NCBI GenBank assembly: GCA_041577295.1
Contig: JBFGJG010000033.1
Location: 1-44,932, forward strand
Reading direction: 5' to 3'
Length of the DNA: 44,932 bases
Source of the DNA: Gemmatimonadales bacterium
GTDB taxonomy: Bacteria > Gemmatimonadota > Gemmatimonadetes > Gemmatimonadales > GWC2-71-9
The notes below the pieces were generated by a model. The model did no database searches, was not told where the DNA came from, and saw only the letters and a list, made by a program, of their open reading frames with translations. Below, one piece after another: positions 43,823 through 44,932 of the stretch (positions are counted from its first letter, which is position 1; each line of letters starts with the position of its first letter). Position numbers and translations under genes: made by a program.

Positions 43823-44929
43823 TTAATGTCGCTCCATTGCGAGTGTGTCTCCGAGGCGCGGTTGTTGGAATGCGGCGGTTTCGCGCGATGTAAACCCGCC
43901 CTCGCTTGGTACAACGAATAGTGCCGCGATGCCCTCTCGCTCCGCAACCGCGTATCCGCGATCGGGACCGAGCACCGTGAGCGCTGTCGCCCAGGCATCT
44001 GCGACGGCGGCTTTCGGGTGCACGACGGTCACCGAGAACCCGACCCAGGGAATAGGTCGCCCCGTGCGTGGGTCGATGATGTGAGCGTACCGCACCCCGT
44101 CGAGCACGTAGAAGTTGCGATAATCGCCGGACGTTGCCACGCCCTGGTTTACCAGATTAATGGGACGGTACACACTCCGTAGGGCGGTGTCTGGGCGTTC
44201 AATCCCCACACGCCACGGCGTCCCGTCCCGTTTGCCACTCCCCGCCCGGAGCTCGCCGCCCACCTCCACCAGGAAGCTGCTGGCCCCAAGCTGCATGAGC
44301 GCGTCGGCAACGCGATCCACCCCGTATCCCTTGGCGACGGCGGACAGATCGAGCACAGTCTTGGGATTTCTTTTCACCAGCATACCCGCTTCCGAGTCAA
44401 CGGTCACTTGTCGGTACCCGACTCGTGTCTTGAGCGAATGAAGCTCCGACTCCGTGGGGGCGGCGCTGGGCCGGCCAGCCGGACCAAAACCCCAGGCATC
44501 CACGAGCGGTGCAACCGTGACATCAAAGGCACCCTCCGAGCGCTCGCTGATCTTCTGCGCGATGCCAACGACTTCGAGGAGGAGCGGACTCACGGCAAAC
44601 GGAGTCGTGCTCTCGTGTCGATTGAAGCGGGACAACTCGGACGCAGAGTCATAGGTCGACATGAGACGATTTACTTCGGCGAGTCGGCCCTTGATTGTAT
44701 CTGCTATCGCCGCACGCTCGGCGGGCGTGAGCGGCGCATCGATCTTCACCGCGTACATCGTTCCCATCGTCGCGCCGCGGAACTCGTACACCGGTGGCGC
44801 AGGCTCCGTTAGCACCAGCCGCCACACCGTGAGTCCCGCCAAGATCACCAGTCCCAGGGGAAGAAGTACCATAGCGCGCTTCGAGAGCCGCGAGGTACTC
44901 GGGGGCGGACGGCTAGATGCCGAAGTCAT
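43823..44929 (-). CDS. apbE: FAD:protein FMN transferase ApbE (start uncertain at window edge)
   Basis: 'GATMGT', 'MSTYD..SELSRFN', 'GAFDVTV.PLV..WGFG', 'DLSAVAKGYGVD', 'VEVGGE', 'ATSGDYRN', 'HIIDPRTG', 'ADAWATAL'. Confidence 0.95.
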   Translation of the reverse strand: MTSASSRPPPSTSRLSKRAMVLLPLGLVILAGLTVWRLVLTEPAPPVYEFRGATMGTMYAVKIDAPLTPAERAAIADTIKGRLAEVNRLMSTYDSASELSRFNRHESTTPFAVSPLLLEVVGIAQKISERSEGAFDVTVAPLVDAWGFGPAGRPSAAPTESELHSLKTRVGYRQVTVDSEAGMLVKRNPKTVLDLSAVAKGYGVDRVADALMQLGASSFLVEVGGELRAGSGKRDGTPWRVGIERPDTALRSVYRPINLVNQGVATSGDYRNFYVLDGVRYAHIIDPRTGRPIPWVGFSVTVVHPKAAVADAWATALTVLGPDRGYAVAEREGIAALFVVPSEGGFTSRETAAFQQPRLGDTLAMERH

Positions 44930-44932
44930 CGA

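Noticed and set aside
1..44932. Integrase, transposase, prophage or rRNA
   Set aside because: No such motifs were recognised in any ORF or intergenic region.

Overview
This is a GC-rich bacterial chromosomal window. The two serine/threonine kinases with 'DRY.I.RE.GRGGMA.V.LA.DLKHHR.VAVKVLRPELAA' N-termini suggest Gemmatimonadota (inference only). (1) 0-18 kb is a carbohydrate locus, mostly on the minus strand: a PD40/TolB-like propeller, MFS sugar transporter, ROK kinase, Tat-exported Gfo/Idh/MocA oxidoreductases, GH3, DUF1080, an AP2-like TIM barrel, a plant-type glucuronokinase homolog, GalU-like nucleotidyltransferase, a TRAP transporter and GH16. (2) 18-26 kb holds a 62-aa Lys/Arg pentapeptide-repeat protein and two Ser/Thr kinases that bracket a borosin-type methyltransferase with an acidified active site and a RimK-like ATP-grasp ligase. 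(3) 26-35 kb encodes surface lipoproteins, a di-heme cytochrome c and a NarL-type two-component system. (4) 35-40 kb has a DUF305/LVIVD pair, then an array of 42-bp palindromic repeats (9 well-conserved copies plus degenerate flanks) directly upstream of a signal-less helical+FN3 protein. (5) 40-45 kb has a phasin-like gene, CBS proteins, archease-rtcB, nqrM and apbE. The best candidates for new biology are the hairpin array/FN3 locus, the basic-peptide/kinase/methyltransferase/ligase cluster, and a possible glucuronate to UDP-glucuronate salvage operon. Two genes appear to start at ATT/ATC codons. All family calls come from motif recognition by eye; no searches were run.
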